A stretch of DNA of 57,967 bases, taken from positions 1 through 57,967 of the forward strand of contig DYEI01000123.1 in NCBI GenBank assembly GCA_020725765.1, in the 5' to 3' direction. This document shows, piece by piece, positions 57,740 to 57,967 of this stretch (the first letter of the stretch is position 1; the number at the start of each line of letters is the position of its first letter). The translations under genes were made by a program, and so were the position numbers. A model generated the notes under the pieces. It ran no database searches. It was not told the DNA's origin and was given only the letters and a program-made list of their open reading frames with translations. The DNA comes from Anaerolinea sp. Its GTDB lineage: Bacteria > Chloroflexota > Anaerolineae > SpSt-313.

Positions 57740-57783
57740 CCCCCTCCCCCGGGTCGGCCTGCAGGCCGACCCGGGGGAGGGGG
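57740..57783. repeat. Perfect 22+22 palindrome, family B (CCCCCTCCCCCGGGTCGGCCTGC/GCAGGCCGACCCGGGGGAGGGGG)
   Basis: Read directly. A diverged copy at 261-297 serves as a terminator stem. Both are preceded by ACCCCCGGCGCC. Confidence 0.85.
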
Positions 57784-57894
57784 CCCTTTCCGTGTGGGCT
57801 CGAGTTTGGCCTTTTTAGGTCCTGGTCCCTTACCCCTTGCTCCAGCAGTCCTAAGGGGTCATATGGCGCCACACGTACGGTTGCTGCCCCCACC

Positions 57895-57945
57895 CCCCAC
57901 CCCTCCCCCCGGCGGGCACATCGTGCCCGCCCGGGGGGGGGGGTC
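57895..57945. repeat. Palindrome with C-rich/G-rich clamp (CCCCTCCCCCCGGCGGGCAC ATC GTGCCCGCCCGGGGGGGGGG)
   Basis: Read directly. One extra C makes it imperfect. Confidence 0.7.
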
Positions 57946-57967
57946 ATTCCCCATGGGTGTTTTGGGC

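Overview
This is a GC-rich bacterial chromosomal segment, densely coding on both strands. I could not run any similarity search, so all product calls come from motifs I read in the supplied translations. The gene content fits a monoderm thermophile of the Chloroflexota type: a secretin-less Tad pilus, T-box control, a fused GlyQS and a PIM-like lipid cluster. That taxonomic guess is inference only.

Gene order, left to right:
- Two tRNA-Ala genes and a Leu-specific T-box leader in front of leuS.
- A REP-associated tyrosine transposase (RAYT) flanked by arrays of an 84-bp repeat.
- Several small or hypothetical genes.
- tal-glk, a C-terminal processing protease (ctpA), and smpB.
- A nine-gene Flp/Tad pilus locus, then tmRNA (ssrA) and MTA phosphorylase.
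- mobB and a glycine-cleavage operon (gcvT-H-PA-PB) preceded by two radical-SAM genes.
- A phosphatidylinositol-mannoside-like lipid cluster (acyltransferase, GT4, CDP-alcohol phosphatidyltransferase), an M23 peptidase and AMMECR1.
- An MBL hydrolase, a DUF1537 kinase, then recO and a fused glyQS.
- A class II aldolase and deoC.
- An operon encoding an AIR-synthase-like protein, a large polytopic membrane protein and a LuxR-TM-Kelch regulator.
- A pyr operon (pyrC-pyrB-pyrF/E fusion-pyrD-pyrK) with a terminator-containing leader.
- Three tandem M42 aminopeptidases, fpg, rnhB and rplS.

Most unusual observations:
1. A complete tRNA-Ala(GGC) gene sits inside the leuS T-box leader, at the position normally taken by Stem III.
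2. Two radical-SAM genes head the gcv operon. I interpret them as a LipS1/LipS2-type split lipoyl synthase.
3. A family of perfect palindromes shares a CCCCTCCCCC/GGGGGAGGGG outer clamp but has different cores.
4. The Tad locus is wedged between smpB and ssrA.

The many long ORFs antisense to real genes are high-GC shadow ORFs and were not called.
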